64,000 nucleotides of DNA from Vulcanimicrobiota bacterium (GCA_963723515.1 CAVRQT010000003.1:416001-480000), one strand, 5' to 3'; counted from the first letter of the stretch, positions 20,991-33,833 are shown. Notes: generated by a model not told the origin, from the sequence alone. Translations and numbers: made by a program.

Positions 20991-21686
20991 ATGGCCGGAC
21001 GTTTGATCTTGCATTCGCGCTTGCCGACGATCGTCGGGCTGATCGTCGCTCTCGCGTGGCCGCTGCTCTTCGTCCTAATGCCGGGTCAGCTGCATCAAGA
21101 CGTGACGAATGCGCGGCAAGACGAACAGATTCTTCTCTTAGAGTGGTGCATAACCGCGATCGTAGCCCTCATCGTCATTTACTGGGAGCGTTTGCCGTTC
21201 TTCGCGTCGGTCGGTCTTCGCAAACCTAACCGGCGCGACGTTCTCACAATTGTCATAGCGGTGGCGGCAATTATCGCCGTCGTCGCCATCATCGGCTTCG
21301 CCCTTCATGGCCGAACGACGTTCTCAGCCGGCGACCTCTCGAAGGTCAAGAATCTGCCGCTCGGGCTGCGTATCGCGCTGGTGTTCACCGCCGGCATTTG
21401 CGAAGAGATTCTGTTCCGGGGTTATGCAATCGAACGTTTCACGGCGCTCACCGGAAAAGTCTGGCTGGGCGGCTTGGCGGCGATCGTTCTCTTCACGCTG
21501 GGGCATGTTGCCCGTTATGGTGTGAGCCTGGGGCTTCTCGGAGTCGCGATCATTGCGTTCTTTCTGACCTTGATTTACGTCCGGAGGCGCAGCCTCTGGC
21601 CGTGCATCGTGGCGCATTGGGTCATCGACGGCTTGCCGTTGCTTGTTGCGCCGCAATTCATCGGCGGACGGCCTACGATAATGTAA
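20991..21686 (+). CDS. CPBP (CAAX/Abi) intramembrane metalloprotease
   Basis: [22 protein letters not shown]; multiple TM segments. Confidence 0.88.
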   Translation: MAGRLILHSRLPTIVGLIVALAWPLLFVLMPGQLHQDVTNARQDEQILLLEWCITAIVALIVIYWERLPFFASVGLRKPNRRDVLTIVIAVAAIIAVVAIIGFALHGRTTFSAGDLSKVKNLPLGLRIALVFTAGICEEILFRGYAIERFTALTGKVWLGGLAAIVLFTLGHVARYGVSLGLLGVAIIAFFLTLIYVRRRSLWPCIVAHWVIDGLPLLVAPQFIGGRPTIM

Positions 21687-23403
21687 CGAGAGGCGATTGC
21701 GCTTCAACCGTTGAGCCTAAGGAAGCGTGCACTTTGGAGACGATCCCGTCTTTGTGCGCGCGCACCTCGTTCATCATCTTCATCGCTTCGATCACGGCGA
21801 CCATTTGGCCGGTGCGCACAGGGTCGTCTTGCTTGACCGCCAGCTCAATCACGATGCCATGCATCGGCGAGATCACGTCGTTGCCGTCAGTGGAAGTAAC
21901 GGCGCGAACACTTGCGATGCGCGGCGGAGATTTCTTTGCCGCAGATGAGCGTGGCGCATCAAGGATGCGCACATGATACATTTTGTTGTTGATCTCGACG
22001 CGAATCGGCTGCGGCGTTGGTGCCGGCACCTCCGCCGCTGCGAGCGCCGGCGCCGCTTTTTCACCGTACGAACGAGCAAATGTTTCAAGCGTGGCGGTTC
22101 CGTACTTCGCGCTCACGACGTCCGGCCGATCGATCAGCGCACGCAAGATGCCGAGCGTTGTCGGAACGCCTTCGATTACGAACTCATCGATTGCGCGCCT
22201 GAGTCGTGCCCGCGCTTGGTCGCGATCCGGCGCCCAGACGATCAGCTTGGCGATCAGTGAATCATAATCGGATGAAATCGTGTAGCCTTCGAATGCAGCT
22301 GAGTCAACGCGCACGCCGATGCCGGCGGGCTCACGATACTTCGTAACCGTTCCCGGAGCGGGTCGAAAATCGTCTGACGAGTCCTCGGCATTGACTCGCG
22401 CCTCAATCGAGTGCCCGCGAAAGACGATTGCATCTTGATCGTAGCCGAGCGGCTCCCCCGCGGCGACGCGGATTTGTTCGCGAATCAAATCCAACCCCGT
22501 GACCATTTCGCTGACGGTGTGCTCGACTTGAATGCGCGTGTTCATCTCTAAGAAATAGAAATCGGTGCCCGTAACGAGGCATTCAATCGTTCCGACGCTG
22601 TCATACTGTATCGCTTGGGCAGCCTTGATGCCGGCGGCGCGCAGTGCGGCGCGCGTCTGCTCCGGAATCGATGGCGGCGTCTCCTCCCACAATTTTTGAT
22701 GGCGCCGCTGCAGCGAACAATCGCGCTCGCCGACATGCAATACCTTGCCATGCTTATCGGCAAGAATCTGCAGTTCGATGTGCTTCGGATTTTCGAGATA
22801 GCGCTCCGCATAGATCGTGTCGTTCTTGAAGTACGCCGAGGCTTCACGTTGAGCGGTCGTAAACGCGCTTTCGAGTTCGCTCTCCGAACGCGCGATCTTC
22901 AGACCCTTACCGCCGCCGCCTCCGGAGGCTTTGAGCGCGAGCGGCAAACCGTAACGCTTTGCAGCCTTGTGCGCAGCGGCAACATCTTCGATCGCTTCGG
23001 TGCCGCCGGGAACGATCGGGACGCCTGCCGCAGCCATCGTTTGGCGCGCGCGAACTTTATCGCCCATCGCTTCGATCGCATCCGGATGCGGACCGACCCA
23101 AACCAAACCGTTTTTGACCACGGCGCGCGCAAACGCTGCGTTTTCTGCTAAGAAGCCGTACCCGGGATGAACCGCTTGTGCGCCCGAGCGTTTTGCGATT
23201 TCTAGAACGCGTTCAACATTCAAATAACTCGCAGCCGGCGAGGCGGGTCCTAGCAGGTATGCTTCATCGCCAAACTGCACGTGCAGCGCGTCGCGATCGG
23301 CTTCAGAGTAAACGGCCACGGTTGTAATGCCCATCTCTTTCGCCGTGCGAATAACGCGCAGCGCGATCTCGCCGCGGTTCGCGACAAGAAGCTTAGAGAA
23401 CAT
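21673..23403 (-). CDS. Acyl-CoA carboxylase alpha subunit (biotin carboxylase plus BCCP)
   Basis: KLLVANRGEIA, HPGYGFLAEN, ERDCSLQRRHQK, EMNTRIQVEH, biotinylation motif EAMKMMNE. Confidence 0.95.
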   Translation of the reverse strand: MFSKLLVANRGEIALRVIRTAKEMGITTVAVYSEADRDALHVQFGDEAYLLGPASPAASYLNVERVLEIAKRSGAQAVHPGYGFLAENAAFARAVVKNGLVWVGPHPDAIEAMGDKVRARQTMAAAGVPIVPGGTEAIEDVAAAHKAAKRYGLPLALKASGGGGGKGLKIARSESELESAFTTAQREASAYFKNDTIYAERYLENPKHIELQILADKHGKVLHVGERDCSLQRRHQKLWEETPPSIPEQTRAALRAAGIKAAQAIQYDSVGTIECLVTGTDFYFLEMNTRIQVEHTVSEMVTGLDLIREQIRVAAGEPLGYDQDAIVFRGHSIEARVNAEDSSDDFRPAPGTVTKYREPAGIGVRVDSAAFEGYTISSDYDSLIAKLIVWAPDRDQARARLRRAIDEFVIEGVPTTLGILRALIDRPDVVSAKYGTATLETFARSYGEKAAPALAAAEVPAPTPQPIRVEINNKMYHVRILDAPRSSAAKKSPPRIASVRAVTSTDGNDVISPMHGIVIELAVKQDDPVRTGQMVAVIEAMKMMNEVRAHKDGIVSKVHASLGSTVEAQSPLVTLS

Positions 23404-23593
23404 CCCAGGGCGCGTCACCTTGGCGCCGTAGATCCTCGAGCGTCGCTTCCGGGAAGCGGGCAGCTAGACGCCACGGACTTATGCCGGCTTGCCCGTCCCG
23501 CTGAGAAAAGAAGAGGCGCTGCAGCGCTATTTCAAGTGCCGCAATCTCCTCTGGTGACGGCTGCGCGCCAACGAACTCAACCTTCAAGCGCAT
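23393..23593 (-). CDS. Probable acyl-CoA carboxylase epsilon-like subunit
   Basis: 66 aa with PSPEEIAAL..AL and SPWRLAAR, matching the AccE/PccE pattern; overlaps both neighbours. Confidence 0.6.
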   Translation of the reverse strand: MRLKVEFVGAQPSPEEIAALEIALQRLFFSQRDGQAGISPWRLAARFPEATLEDLRRQGDAPWDVL

Positions 23594-24374
23594 CCGATTT
23601 GTCGGGATACATTCCCATAGCGTGGTATCCGGCGTCGACAAAATGAACGTCGGCCGTTACGGCTCCGGAGAGATCCGACATCAGATACACGGCCGCTTTG
23701 CCGATGTCATCGGCGGTGATGTTTCGCCGTAGCGGCGCCGCTTGCCCAACCTTTTCAAGCATTAACGTGAACCCTTTGACCTGTCGCGCGCTCGCGGTCT
23801 TGACCGGTCCGGCAGAAATTGCGTTGACGCGAATGCCCCGATCGCCGAGGTCGAAAGCCATATACCGGATCGATGCCTCGAGCGCCGCTTTGGCAATGCC
23901 CATCACATTGTAGTTTGGAACGATAGCGGTGGCGCCGAGATAGGTGAGCGCGACAATGCTCGCGCGATCGTTGAACGTCTCGCGCAACGCTTGCACGAGC
24001 GCAATCAGCGAATATGCGGAGACATCGAGCGTCGTTTCAAAGCCGGCGCGCGATGTATCGTAGACCTTGCCCATAAGATCTTCTTTGTTGGCAAAGGCAA
24101 TCGAGTGGACGAGCCCGTCGAGTTGTCCGAAATCCATTGCGAGTCGCTCGTTGAGCTTACGCAGCGCTTCATCTGCAGCGACGTCGCACTCGATGACCGG
24201 ACCGCCTCCCAATTCGGCCGCCAACTTCTCGACCTCGCCTTTGACGCGTTCGCCTTGATAGATGAACGCGAGGCGTGCGCCGTGCTCGTGCATTTGATGT
24301 GCGATGCCGGTAGCGATAGACCAGCGATTTGCAACGCCGGTAATAAGGATATTCTTGCCTTCCAAAAGCTTCAC
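23577..24374 (-). CDS. fabI: Enoyl-ACP reductase
   Basis: GVAN.WSIA.GIA, VHSIAFA, SAYSL, YNVMGIAKAALE, VNAISAGPVKT. Confidence 0.95.
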   Translation of the reverse strand: MKLLEGKNILITGVANRWSIATGIAHQMHEHGARLAFIYQGERVKGEVEKLAAELGGGPVIECDVAADEALRKLNERLAMDFGQLDGLVHSIAFANKEDLMGKVYDTSRAGFETTLDVSAYSLIALVQALRETFNDRASIVALTYLGATAIVPNYNVMGIAKAALEASIRYMAFDLGDRGIRVNAISAGPVKTASARQVKGFTLMLEKVGQAAPLRRNITADDIGKAAVYLMSDLSGAVTADVHFVDAGYHAMGMYPDKSDALEG

Positions 24375-24449
24375 GCGGCTACATACCATTGCGAAGGTTG
24401 TGCTCCCCTCTACAGGAAGGGTGCGACGGTCGCGCGCAGTTTTCGATGT

Positions 24450-24839
24450 GTGCCGGCAGCGTTAAGAATCGTCTGGTTCGTTCAATGCATTTACTATGTC
24501 ATGACGGCCGTCCCGGCGCTCCTCAGCCGGCAGTTGTTTGAGTCGATCACCGGCCCGAAAACGGACTACTGGCTCGTTCACATGGTGGCGTTGCTTGTGA
24601 TGGTTATCGGCGTTGCGGTCGGGATCGCCGCTTGGCGCCGTTCATTTACGGCAGAAATGGTTGTGCTTTCGATCGCCGGCGCCGCATCGTTTGCTCTGAT
24701 CGACATCATCTACGCGCTGCGCGGAACGATTTCGCGGATCTATCTGGCCGACGCGGCCGTTGAAATCGTTATCATTATTGCTGTCGCTATAGCTGCGCGC
24801 TTGCCCTACAAGGGTGCAGCGGGGGCCCGCCCGCGATAG
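24450..24839 (+). CDS. Small membrane protein
   Basis: About 4 TM segments; FESITGPKTDYWLV and IS.IYLADA motifs. Confidence 0.7.
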   Translation: MPAALRIVWFVQCIYYVMTAVPALLSRQLFESITGPKTDYWLVHMVALLVMVIGVAVGIAAWRRSFTAEMVVLSIAGAASFALIDIIYALRGTISRIYLADAAVEIVIIIAVAIAARLPYKGAAGARPR

Positions 24840-24854
24840 TTTGGGCGGGGGCGT

Positions 24855-24923
24855 GTAGATTCGTTTCCGCCGCATCGTGGCGGAAGCGAAATCGGAACGC
24901 CAAGCGCTGAGCGCAGTTCAGCG

Positions 24924-24925
<2 letters not shown>
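24855..24925. terminator. Two hairpins between convergent genes
   Basis: GATTCGTTTCCGCC-N7-GGCGGAAGCGAAATC and AGCGCTGA-N7-TCAGCGCT. Confidence 0.45.
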
Positions 24926-26473
<1,548 letters not shown>

Positions 26474-26477
<4 letters not shown>

Positions 26478-27901
26478 GATTGTGCCGCAACGTGGTGGCC
26501 GCGGGCGAAGAAGACGAGTTTGCCAAGCGGGAGGTGGTGACGCAGCAACTGCGTGCCGGGTTGCGCCGCTCCGACACTCTTCATCGCGATAAACGAAATG
26601 CCGACGAGCACCATAAAGGCGATCGACGTCAAGAATGCGCCGCGAGTTCCGAGCGCCGTCTCGAAAACCGTTCCGCCGATCGCGACGCCGACGCTCAAGC
26701 CGATCTGAATTCCGGTACTCAAGATTCCCGAAGCTGCGCCGGATTGGTCCGCGGGAATATGGGCAAGTCCGACCATCATCGACATCTGATAGGTGATCAT
26801 GCAGCCGAAGCCCGCGATCACCGTGCCCGGCAACGCGCCAATGACGTACGGCGTATCGCGGTTGATCGACACCATGATGATGCCGCCGATAAGCATCAGC
26901 AGCGTGGCCGCGAAACCGACGGTTCGGCCACCGAAACGCGTCGCAAGCGGCGCGCTGAACGGTCCCGCAAATGCGGTCAGCAAGACGGACATCGGCAAAA
27001 ATGCCATTGCCGCCCGCCAGGGCGCCCAATGCAGCGCACTTTGAAAGTAGATCGACGCATAGACGAAGAGCGCTGCGTATGCCGCTGCCTGAAAAATTGC
27101 GACACTCGCCGACGCGGAGAGGTTCGGCAGCTTGAAAACCGAGAGCGGCATCACGGGATTGCGCGCGCGAGTTTCGACCCACACGAACAGCGCAAGAACG
27201 CCAATCGCGACGATGAGCCGCCACAGCGTTGCAAGCGACAAGAGCCCGCTTTCGGCGATTTCTTCGATCGCGTAGATCAACAGCAAGATGCCGGCGGTCA
27301 TGAGCAACGCGCCGAGATAATCGATCCGTTGGCGAATGCGCGCGCTCAATTCATGCGGGATCAATAGCGGCGTCAACGTAAGCAATAGTACGCCGATCGG
27401 GACATTGACGAAGAAGACCGCTCGCCATCCGAGCGCACTCGTCAATATGCCGCCCAGCAAAATGCCGGCGGTCAAGCCGGCGCTCCCGATCACTCCCCAC
27501 AGGCTCAACGCGCGATTGCGCGGCGCGCCTTCCGCAAAGAGATCGGTCACTAACGCCAGCGCGGCGGGATTGACCATCGCGGCGCCGAGACCCTGAACGC
27601 CGCGCATGATCACAAGAAAAGCGGGCGTGTGAGAAAATCCGGCGACAAGCGATGACGCGGTGAAGATCAACAGTCCAGCGATGAAGATGACGCGCCGTCC
27701 GAGGAGATCGCACAAGCGGCCGGCGACCATCAAGAATCCGGCGAAGATGATCGTATAAGCGCTGATCACCCATTGCAGATCGCCCGGCGGGAAGTGCAGA
27801 TTGCGTTGGATCGCCGGCATCGCGATGCTGACGATCGAAAAGTCGAGGACGATCATAAAAAACGTGGTGCATAAGAGCACGAACGTCCATAAATTCTTCA
27901 C
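26474..27901 (-). CDS. MFS transporter, DHA2 family
   Basis: FMIVLD.SIV.IAMP.I, GRLCDLLGRR, WRAVFFVNVPIG; about 14 TM segments. Confidence 0.9.
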
Positions 27902-27945
27902 TGCGTCGGACTACGTCCGGCGGGTCGCTATGCTGGTGACTTGCG

Positions 27946-28257
27946 TCACCAAATGCCGAGCATCATCTTGACGTCTTCGCTCGCCATTTCGCGCGGATCC
28001 CAAGGCGGCGAAAACGTGATGTCCACTTTGGCCGATTTGACGCCTTCCATGGCTTCGATGCGATCGAGCACGTCCTTACGAAATTGCGGCCCGACCGGAC
28101 ACATCGGCGACGTCAGCGTCATCATCACCGTCACATGTTCGTTTTGCTCGCCTTCGACGGCGATGTCGTAGATCAAACCGAGATCGACGACGCTCAAATG
28201 CAGTTCCGGATCCAGCACATCTTTGAGTGTGGAACGAACTTCATCGACAGTCGGCAT
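27946..28257 (-). CDS. Metal-sulfur cluster assembly factor (DUF59/SufT-like)
   Basis: V.DPEL..SVVDLGLIY, MTLTSPMCPVG, FSPPW. Confidence 0.9.
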   Translation of the reverse strand: MPTVDEVRSTLKDVLDPELHLSVVDLGLIYDIAVEGEQNEHVTVMMTLTSPMCPVGPQFRKDVLDRIEAMEGVKSAKVDITFSPPWDPREMASEDVKMMLGIW

Positions 28258-28292
28258 GCTGGTTATCCTCTCCTTGAACTAGGCCCCGAAAC

Positions 28293-28321
28293 TTCTGCTA
28301 TCCTTGAAAGGTTACTATAAT
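28293..28321 (+). promoter_or_regulatory. Putative sigma70 promoter of clpC
   Basis: Perfect TATAAT at 28316-28321, with TTCTGC 17 bp upstream; AGGAG before ATG 28379. Confidence 0.5.
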
Positions 28322-28378
28322 AGGTTTTGGGGGACCCGCCCGCGATTAGTTTGGGGGGTATAGGAGAAGAAACACGCG

Positions 28379-30871
28379 ATGTCGATGTGGGAACCGTTCA
28401 CCGAACGAGCAAGGCGCAGCATCGTGCTCGCTCAGGAAGAGGCGCAACGGCTCGGCAACAACTACATCGGAACCGAGCACATCTTGCTCGGCATCATTTC
28501 CGAAGGCGAGAGCTTGGCCGCCAAAGTGCTCGAAACGCTGGGCGTCAACCTCGCCAAAGTTCGCCAAGAAGTTGAGGCGATCGTCGGACGTGGCGGGCAG
28601 ACCGTCCAGCAGGAGATGGTCTTCACGCCGCGCGCAAAGCGCGTCATCGAGCTCGCCTTTGAGGAAGCCCGGCAGCTCAACCACAACTACATCGGCACGG
28701 AGCATCTGCTTCTCGGCTTAATCCGAGAGGGAGAGGGCGTCGCCGCACGGGTTCTGACCAATCTTGGGGTCGATCCCGCCAAGGTTCGGCTGCAGACTAC
28801 ATCGCTGCTCGGTGCGGAAGGTCAGCCGCCGGCGCCCAAAGGCAAGTCGAAGACGCCGACGCTCGATGCGTACGGTCGAGATCTGACGACCCTCGCCCGC
28901 GAAAACAAACTTGATCCCGTCATCGGCCGCTCGATGGAGATCGAGCGCGTCATTCAAATTCTCTCGCGGCGCACGAAGAACAACCCGGCGCTGATCGGCG
29001 AACCGGGCGTCGGAAAAACCGCGATTGCCGAAGGCTTAGCGCAACGCGTCATCAAGGGCGACATTCCCGAACCGTTGCGTGAACGGCGTGTCATCACGCT
29101 GGATTTGGCAGGCTTGGTTGCCGGAACGAAATATCGCGGCGAGTTTGAAGAGCGCATGAAGCGCGTGATGGATGAGATCCGCGGGGCTGCTGGGGAGATC
29201 ATCCTCTTTATTGACGAGCTGCACACGCTTGTCGGCGCCGGCGCCGCCGAAGGGGCCATCGATGCAAGCAATATCATCAAGCCGGCGCTGGCGCGCGGCG
29301 AGTTGCAGTGCATCGGAGCGACGACGCTCAACGAGTTTCGCAAATACATCGAGAAAGATGCGGCCCTCGAGCGGCGGTTCCAGCCGATCATGGTCGGCGA
29401 GCCGAGCATCGACGAGACGATCGAAATTCTCAAAGGACTGCGCGACCGGTATGAAGCGCATCATAAGGTGCAAATCACCGACGAAGCGCTGGCTGCTGCC
29501 GCACGGCTTGGCGATCGTTACATCACCGATCGCTTCTTACCCGACAAAGCCGTTGACTTGATCGATGAAGCTTCGTCACGCGTGCGCCTGCAAGCGACGC
29601 TTCCGCCGCCTGAAATTCGCGAAATCGACGCGCAGTTGCGTAAAGTCCTGAGCGAAAAAGAATCGGTCGTCAAGTCGCAAGAGTTTGAGAAAGCCGCCGA
29701 GATTCGGGATCGCGAGGAGAAGCTGCGGCTCGAGAAGGCGCGGCTCGAGCAAGAGTGGCAAGAGAAGCGCTCGCAGCTCGACAAGACGCTCAAAGTCACG
29801 GATGAAGACATCGCCGGCATCGTTTCATCGTGGACGAAGATTCCGGTTTCAAAACTCGCCGAAGCTGAAACGGCCAAGCTTCTCAATATGAAGGAATCGC
29901 TGCATCGACGCGTCGTTGGACAAGACGAAGCGATCGAAGTCGTCACGCGGGCGATTCGCCGTTCGCGCGCCGGATTGAAAAACCCGCATCGCCCGATCGG
30001 TTCGTTCATCTTCCTCGGTCCGACGGGCGTCGGAAAAACAGAGGTCGCGCGCAGCGTCGCCGAGTTTCTCTTCGATGATTCGGACTCAATTATCCGCATC
30101 GACATGTCGGAGTACATGGAGAAGTATGCGGTCAGCCGGCTAGTCGGCGCACCGCCGGGATACGTCGGTTATGAAGAAGGCGGTCAACTGACCGAAGCCG
30201 TGCGGCGCCGTCCTTACTGCGTCGTCCTGCTCGATGAGATCGAGAAGGCACATCCAGATGTCTTCAACATCCTCTTGCAAGTGCTCGACGACGGCCGCTT
30301 GACGGATAGTCAAGGCCGCGTCGTTGACTTTAAGAATTCCGTGATCGTGATGACGAGCAACGTCGGCGCGACCGGTATGCAAACGACGACGGATATCGGT
30401 TTCCGTCCGCAACGTGATGAAGGCAAGACCGAAGACCAGCTCTACGAGAAGATGAAGAATAAGGTGCTTGAAGAGGTCAAGCACACCTTCCGCCCCGAGT
30501 TTTTAAATCGCGTTGACGAAATTGTGGTCTTCCATCAATTGACGCGCGAAGAGATCGAGCAGATCGTCGGACTCGAGCTCGAGAAAGTCATCCGCGAAGT
30601 CAAGGCACAAGATATGCATCTCGAGGTTACCGAGGATGCGAAGAAGCTGCTCGCCCAAAAAGGTTGGGATCCGCAATTCGGTGCGCGCCCGCTGCGGCGC
30701 GCGATTCAGCGCGAAGTGGAGGACGAGCTATCCGAAGAGATGCTGCGCGGGACCTTTTCATCCGGCGACCACGTTTTGGCTGAAGTCAATCCAGACAATC
30801 CGGATAAGCTGAAGTTCAGCAAGATTCCGGCGGTCGAACCACCGCCGGTCCCAGAACCAGTCACAACCTAA
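28379..30871 (+). CDS. clpC: ATP-dependent Clp protease ATP-binding subunit
   Basis: Clp N repeats (GTEH.LLG), two AAA modules ([16 protein letters not shown]), UVR middle domain, IGF loop, GARPLRR. Confidence 0.97.
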   Translation: MSMWEPFTERARRSIVLAQEEAQRLGNNYIGTEHILLGIISEGESLAAKVLETLGVNLAKVRQEVEAIVGRGGQTVQQEMVFTPRAKRVIELAFEEARQLNHNYIGTEHLLLGLIREGEGVAARVLTNLGVDPAKVRLQTTSLLGAEGQPPAPKGKSKTPTLDAYGRDLTTLARENKLDPVIGRSMEIERVIQILSRRTKNNPALIGEPGVGKTAIAEGLAQRVIKGDIPEPLRERRVITLDLAGLVAGTKYRGEFEERMKRVMDEIRGAAGEIILFIDELHTLVGAGAAEGAIDASNIIKPALARGELQCIGATTLNEFRKYIEKDAALERRFQPIMVGEPSIDETIEILKGLRDRYEAHHKVQITDEALAAAARLGDRYITDRFLPDKAVDLIDEASSRVRLQATLPPPEIREIDAQLRKVLSEKESVVKSQEFEKAAEIRDREEKLRLEKARLEQEWQEKRSQLDKTLKVTDEDIAGIVSSWTKIPVSKLAEAETAKLLNMKESLHRRVVGQDEAIEVVTRAIRRSRAGLKNPHRPIGSFIFLGPTGVGKTEVARSVAEFLFDDSDSIIRIDMSEYMEKYAVSRLVGAPPGYVGYEEGGQLTEAVRRRPYCVVLLDEIEKAHPDVFNILLQVLDDGRLTDSQGRVVDFKNSVIVMTSNVGATGMQTTTDIGFRPQRDEGKTEDQLYEKMKNKVLEEVKHTFRPEFLNRVDEIVVFHQLTREEIEQIVGLELEKVIREVKAQDMHLEVTEDAKKLLAQKGWDPQFGARPLRRAIQREVEDELSEEMLRGTFSSGDHVLAEVNPDNPDKLKFSKIPAVEPPPVPEPVTT

Positions 30872-30872
30872 C

Positions 30873-30904
30873 GAAAAGCGGCGCCTCGGCGCCGTTTTCT
30901 TTTA
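30873..30904 (+). terminator. Intrinsic terminator of clpC
   Basis: GAAAAGCGGCGCC-TC-GGCGCCGTTTTCTTTT immediately after the stop codon. Confidence 0.85.
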
Positions 30905-30923
30905 AGGCGGCCGAGTTCAACCC

Positions 30924-31025
30924 TGTCACCCTGAGCTTGTCGAAGCGCCACCGGAACGGTGAACACCGAGCTTTAAATCGTGACATTCATGATCGGGGTG
31001 GCCCTTCGTCAAGCTTAGGCTGACA
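30924..31025. repeat. Inverted pair of REP-like palindromes
   Basis: TGTCACCCTGAGCTTGTCGAAGCGCCACC and a degenerate inverse, GGTGGCCCTTCGTCAAGCTTAGGCTGACA. Confidence 0.85.
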
Positions 31026-31112
31026 CAGTGAGGCGTGGACACCAAAAAAACAACGTAGCTAGCGTCAGCCCGAGAGGATGATGCGTGCACGGCAAGCGTA
31101 CACACCTCATCA

Positions 31113-32809
31113 GTGAAGCCGGCGCTGCTTGCTTGCCTTTTCTTTACCGGCCTCTTGTTCGGGCGTGTTGCGCTCGGACAAGAATCACCATCTCCCTCGC
31201 CGGAAGCAACTCGCGCGCGCCGTTGATAACGCCGGCGCCGACGTTAACGCCCGGGCCGACATCAACGCCGACCACGACGCCGCAACCCGGACCGCTGCAG
31301 GCCAATCCACCGTCGATTCAGAGCAATATCGGCGTGCCGAAAAGCGTTGCAATCGGCGGCGCAACCGGTGCGCTAACCGCAACGATCGATCCCAAGATCG
31401 CAACGCTTGCGATTGCCGGCACGACGCTGACGGTAACGCCGTCGATGAACGGCCGGGCGACGATTCATGTGGTCGATGCGGCCGGTGCATTCGTCGACAT
31501 CTTCTTGCGCGTTGCGCCGAATGCGGCGACGATTTCCCGAATGGTGAGCGTCAAGTTAACCGGCGACCTAGACTCAAGCTTCATCGCAAATGAGACGTCG
31601 CTTGCCGTGCATCAGGCGGTCAACGCGAATCCCGGCACAACCATCAACATCGGCTTGCTGCCGCCGCCGACCACTTCGTTGCCGGTTGGAAGTGAATACA
31701 GCTTTGGACTTCCGGTTACGGTGCTTGGGGGCGATCAATATCTCGACGTGAGCGACGTGATGCGAGTTGACGTCCAGCATGTCGCCGCTCAACCGTTCTC
31801 GCCGACGATCCTCTACTATTCCGACGATCCCGAGCGGATCGTGAACGACGGCGTGCTCTTCCGCGGGACCGTAACGACCGGCACGCCGGTGCGGCTCTAC
31901 GATTACCACGAGAACGGTACGGATCCGCGCCGTTTAGTTGTTGCGCTCAGCAGCTCTTCAACCACGCCGACGAGCGCCCAAATCGTCGAATCGTTCGCCG
32001 GGCCGAACATCGACGTCATGGGCGTGGGCCACGCAGTCGCCAAGAATTTTTTGATTCAGAAGCCGCGCAACCAGGGGATCGTTCTTGACTTGCCTGACGG
32101 CGCGCCGTATTTTCGGCGCGACGTGCCGTTGCTAATGCAGCAAGGCACCGCCGATGTGGCGGATGTTCGCATTCTCGAAGGCGGCCCGCTCACGATCACC
32201 GTGATGGCCGCGTCGCCGAATGTTCCCGCCGCCAGTTTGCTTGCCGGACCGCAGTTGCCCGGTGACGGGAAAGGCCGCCACGGAACGTTTGCGCTTTCCA
32301 GCTACGGCACCCAAACCGTTGACTTTACGGTCGGCAATCAAGATGCGACCGTAACGCTCGGCGATCGCGAACAAACGATTCCCAAAGCAAATACATCCGA
32401 TCCCGGCGCTGATTTCGGCGACTACGGCGTGATGTTCAACATGACGCTCATTGCGCGCAATCCCGGTGATACCGCGCAAACCGTCTACATCTATGAAGCG
32501 CCGCGCGGCGGGCCGGTTCGCGCGACGTATCTCTTGGACGGATCGGCGACGCCGACCGAACTAGGCTGCGCGACCTCTCCGCCAAGCGCAACGAGTTCAC
32601 CGCGACGCTACTTGATTGGGCAATTTGACGTCGGACCGCACAGCGCGCAGACGCATACGATGTGGACGATGACCGAAGGCGGCTCGAACTATCCGCTCGT
32701 GATCGGCCTTTCAACCGATGCGCCCGAGCCGCAAACGCCGCCGATTTTCGGGCCGGAAGGGTGTTTCCCCAAGCCGGAGGCCGCACTGCGAACGCGCGGA
32801 TCGCCGTAA
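31113..32809 (+). CDS. Large secreted hypothetical protein, frameshifted near 31215
   Basis: Signal peptide MKPALLACLFFTGLLFGRVALG from GTG 31113 lies in a different frame; then a Pro/Thr linker, YSDDPE, GDYGV and GGSNYP motifs. Confidence 0.7.
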
Positions 32810-32819
32810 GAGCGGGACG

Positions 32820-33821
32820 ATAGAGAACCAAGAGCCCAAGGTCGTCCTTCTCGTGCGCCTGCTGAACGCAATCGATGAGGGACGATATTCTTTTGAGGAT
32901 CTGAAGCGCCAAATCGCCGAAGGCGAGCATGCACCGAGCACCCGCAGCTTGCGACGCTACCTTTCAGTCCTTTCGGACGCCGGCTTTCCGTGGTACTTCG
33001 ATCGGGCCGCAAACATCTACAAGTTCACGGACGGCTACAGCTTGCGACGCATGCAGCTCTCGCCGGACGAACTCTTCGGGCTCGTCGCGCTGCGTTCGCT
33101 TGGTGCAAGTTTGGGCGGCACGCTCGGCGCGTATCTCAATAATGTTTCAGCAAAACTGGTCGGCTTATCCGGCGCCGGAGCGCAGCAAGAAGTTGAGGCC
33201 CGCGCACCGTTTGCGTTTCGCGTCAGCGAGACCCATCTCGAACCCGAGGCCGAACGCGCGTTCGCGTTGCTCTCCTCCGCCGAACGCAATTCGCGCTGCG
33301 CGCGCTTCACGTACATCGACAAAGAGGGCCGGCGCTCGGAGCGTACCGTCGATCCGTACGGCTTTGTTATCTCCGGCGGCCGGATTTACTTGATCGCCTA
33401 CGACCACACACGACGGGACAAACGTGTCTTCGCCGTCGACAGCGTGCTCGAACCCGAAGTGTTAGGGGCGACCTTTGCTAAGCCGCAAGACTTCGATGTT
33501 GAAACCTTTGCGGCAACATCGATCAGCGGCGTACTCCACAGCGAGACGACCAGTCAGGTCCGCCTTCGGTTCGAACAGCGCGTCGCCAAAGCCGCGATTG
33601 CGGCCCGAATCGTCACCGAGCGGGCGATCGATCGCGCAGATGATGGTTCCGTCGAAATCACCTATCACGTGGCCGACGTTGACGAACTGTTGCGTTGGAC
33701 GCTGGGGTGGGGCGAGGCCGCGCAAGTCGTTGGGCCGCCGGATGTACGCGTGCGCATGCGCGACCTGATTGGTTCAATCGGCGCGCGCTACGCCGAAAAA
33801 GACGAAACCCGCCGCCGTTAG
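32820..33821 (+). CDS. WYL-domain transcriptional regulator (wHTH-WYL-WCX)
   Basis: STRSLRRYLSVL HTH; Y......SERTVDPYG.....GRIYLIAYD..R.DKRVFAVD; W.LGWG...V.GP. Start probably ATA 32820. Confidence 0.9.
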   Translation: MENQEPKVVLLVRLLNAIDEGRYSFEDLKRQIAEGEHAPSTRSLRRYLSVLSDAGFPWYFDRAANIYKFTDGYSLRRMQLSPDELFGLVALRSLGASLGGTLGAYLNNVSAKLVGLSGAGAQQEVEARAPFAFRVSETHLEPEAERAFALLSSAERNSRCARFTYIDKEGRRSERTVDPYGFVISGGRIYLIAYDHTRRDKRVFAVDSVLEPEVLGATFAKPQDFDVETFAATSISGVLHSETTSQVRLRFEQRVAKAAIAARIVTERAIDRADDGSVEITYHVADVDELLRWTLGWGEAAQVVGPPDVRVRMRDLIGSIGARYAEKDETRRR

Positions 33822-33833
33822 GCGTCGGGCTTC
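33795..33833 (-). terminator. Intrinsic terminator on the minus strand
   Basis: GAAGCCCGACGCC-TAAC-GGCGGCGGGTTTC-GTCTTTTT; the G-U pair and the U tail fit only the minus strand. Confidence 0.75.

Noticed and set aside
20991..21686. CPBP gene as an abortive-infection defence gene
   Set aside because: The Abi name of this family is historical, and there is no defence context here.
26478..27224. N-terminal extension making the carboxyltransferase 766 aa
   Set aside because: The extension is an alternative frame of the MFS gene; homology begins at MKSRKQ (26477).
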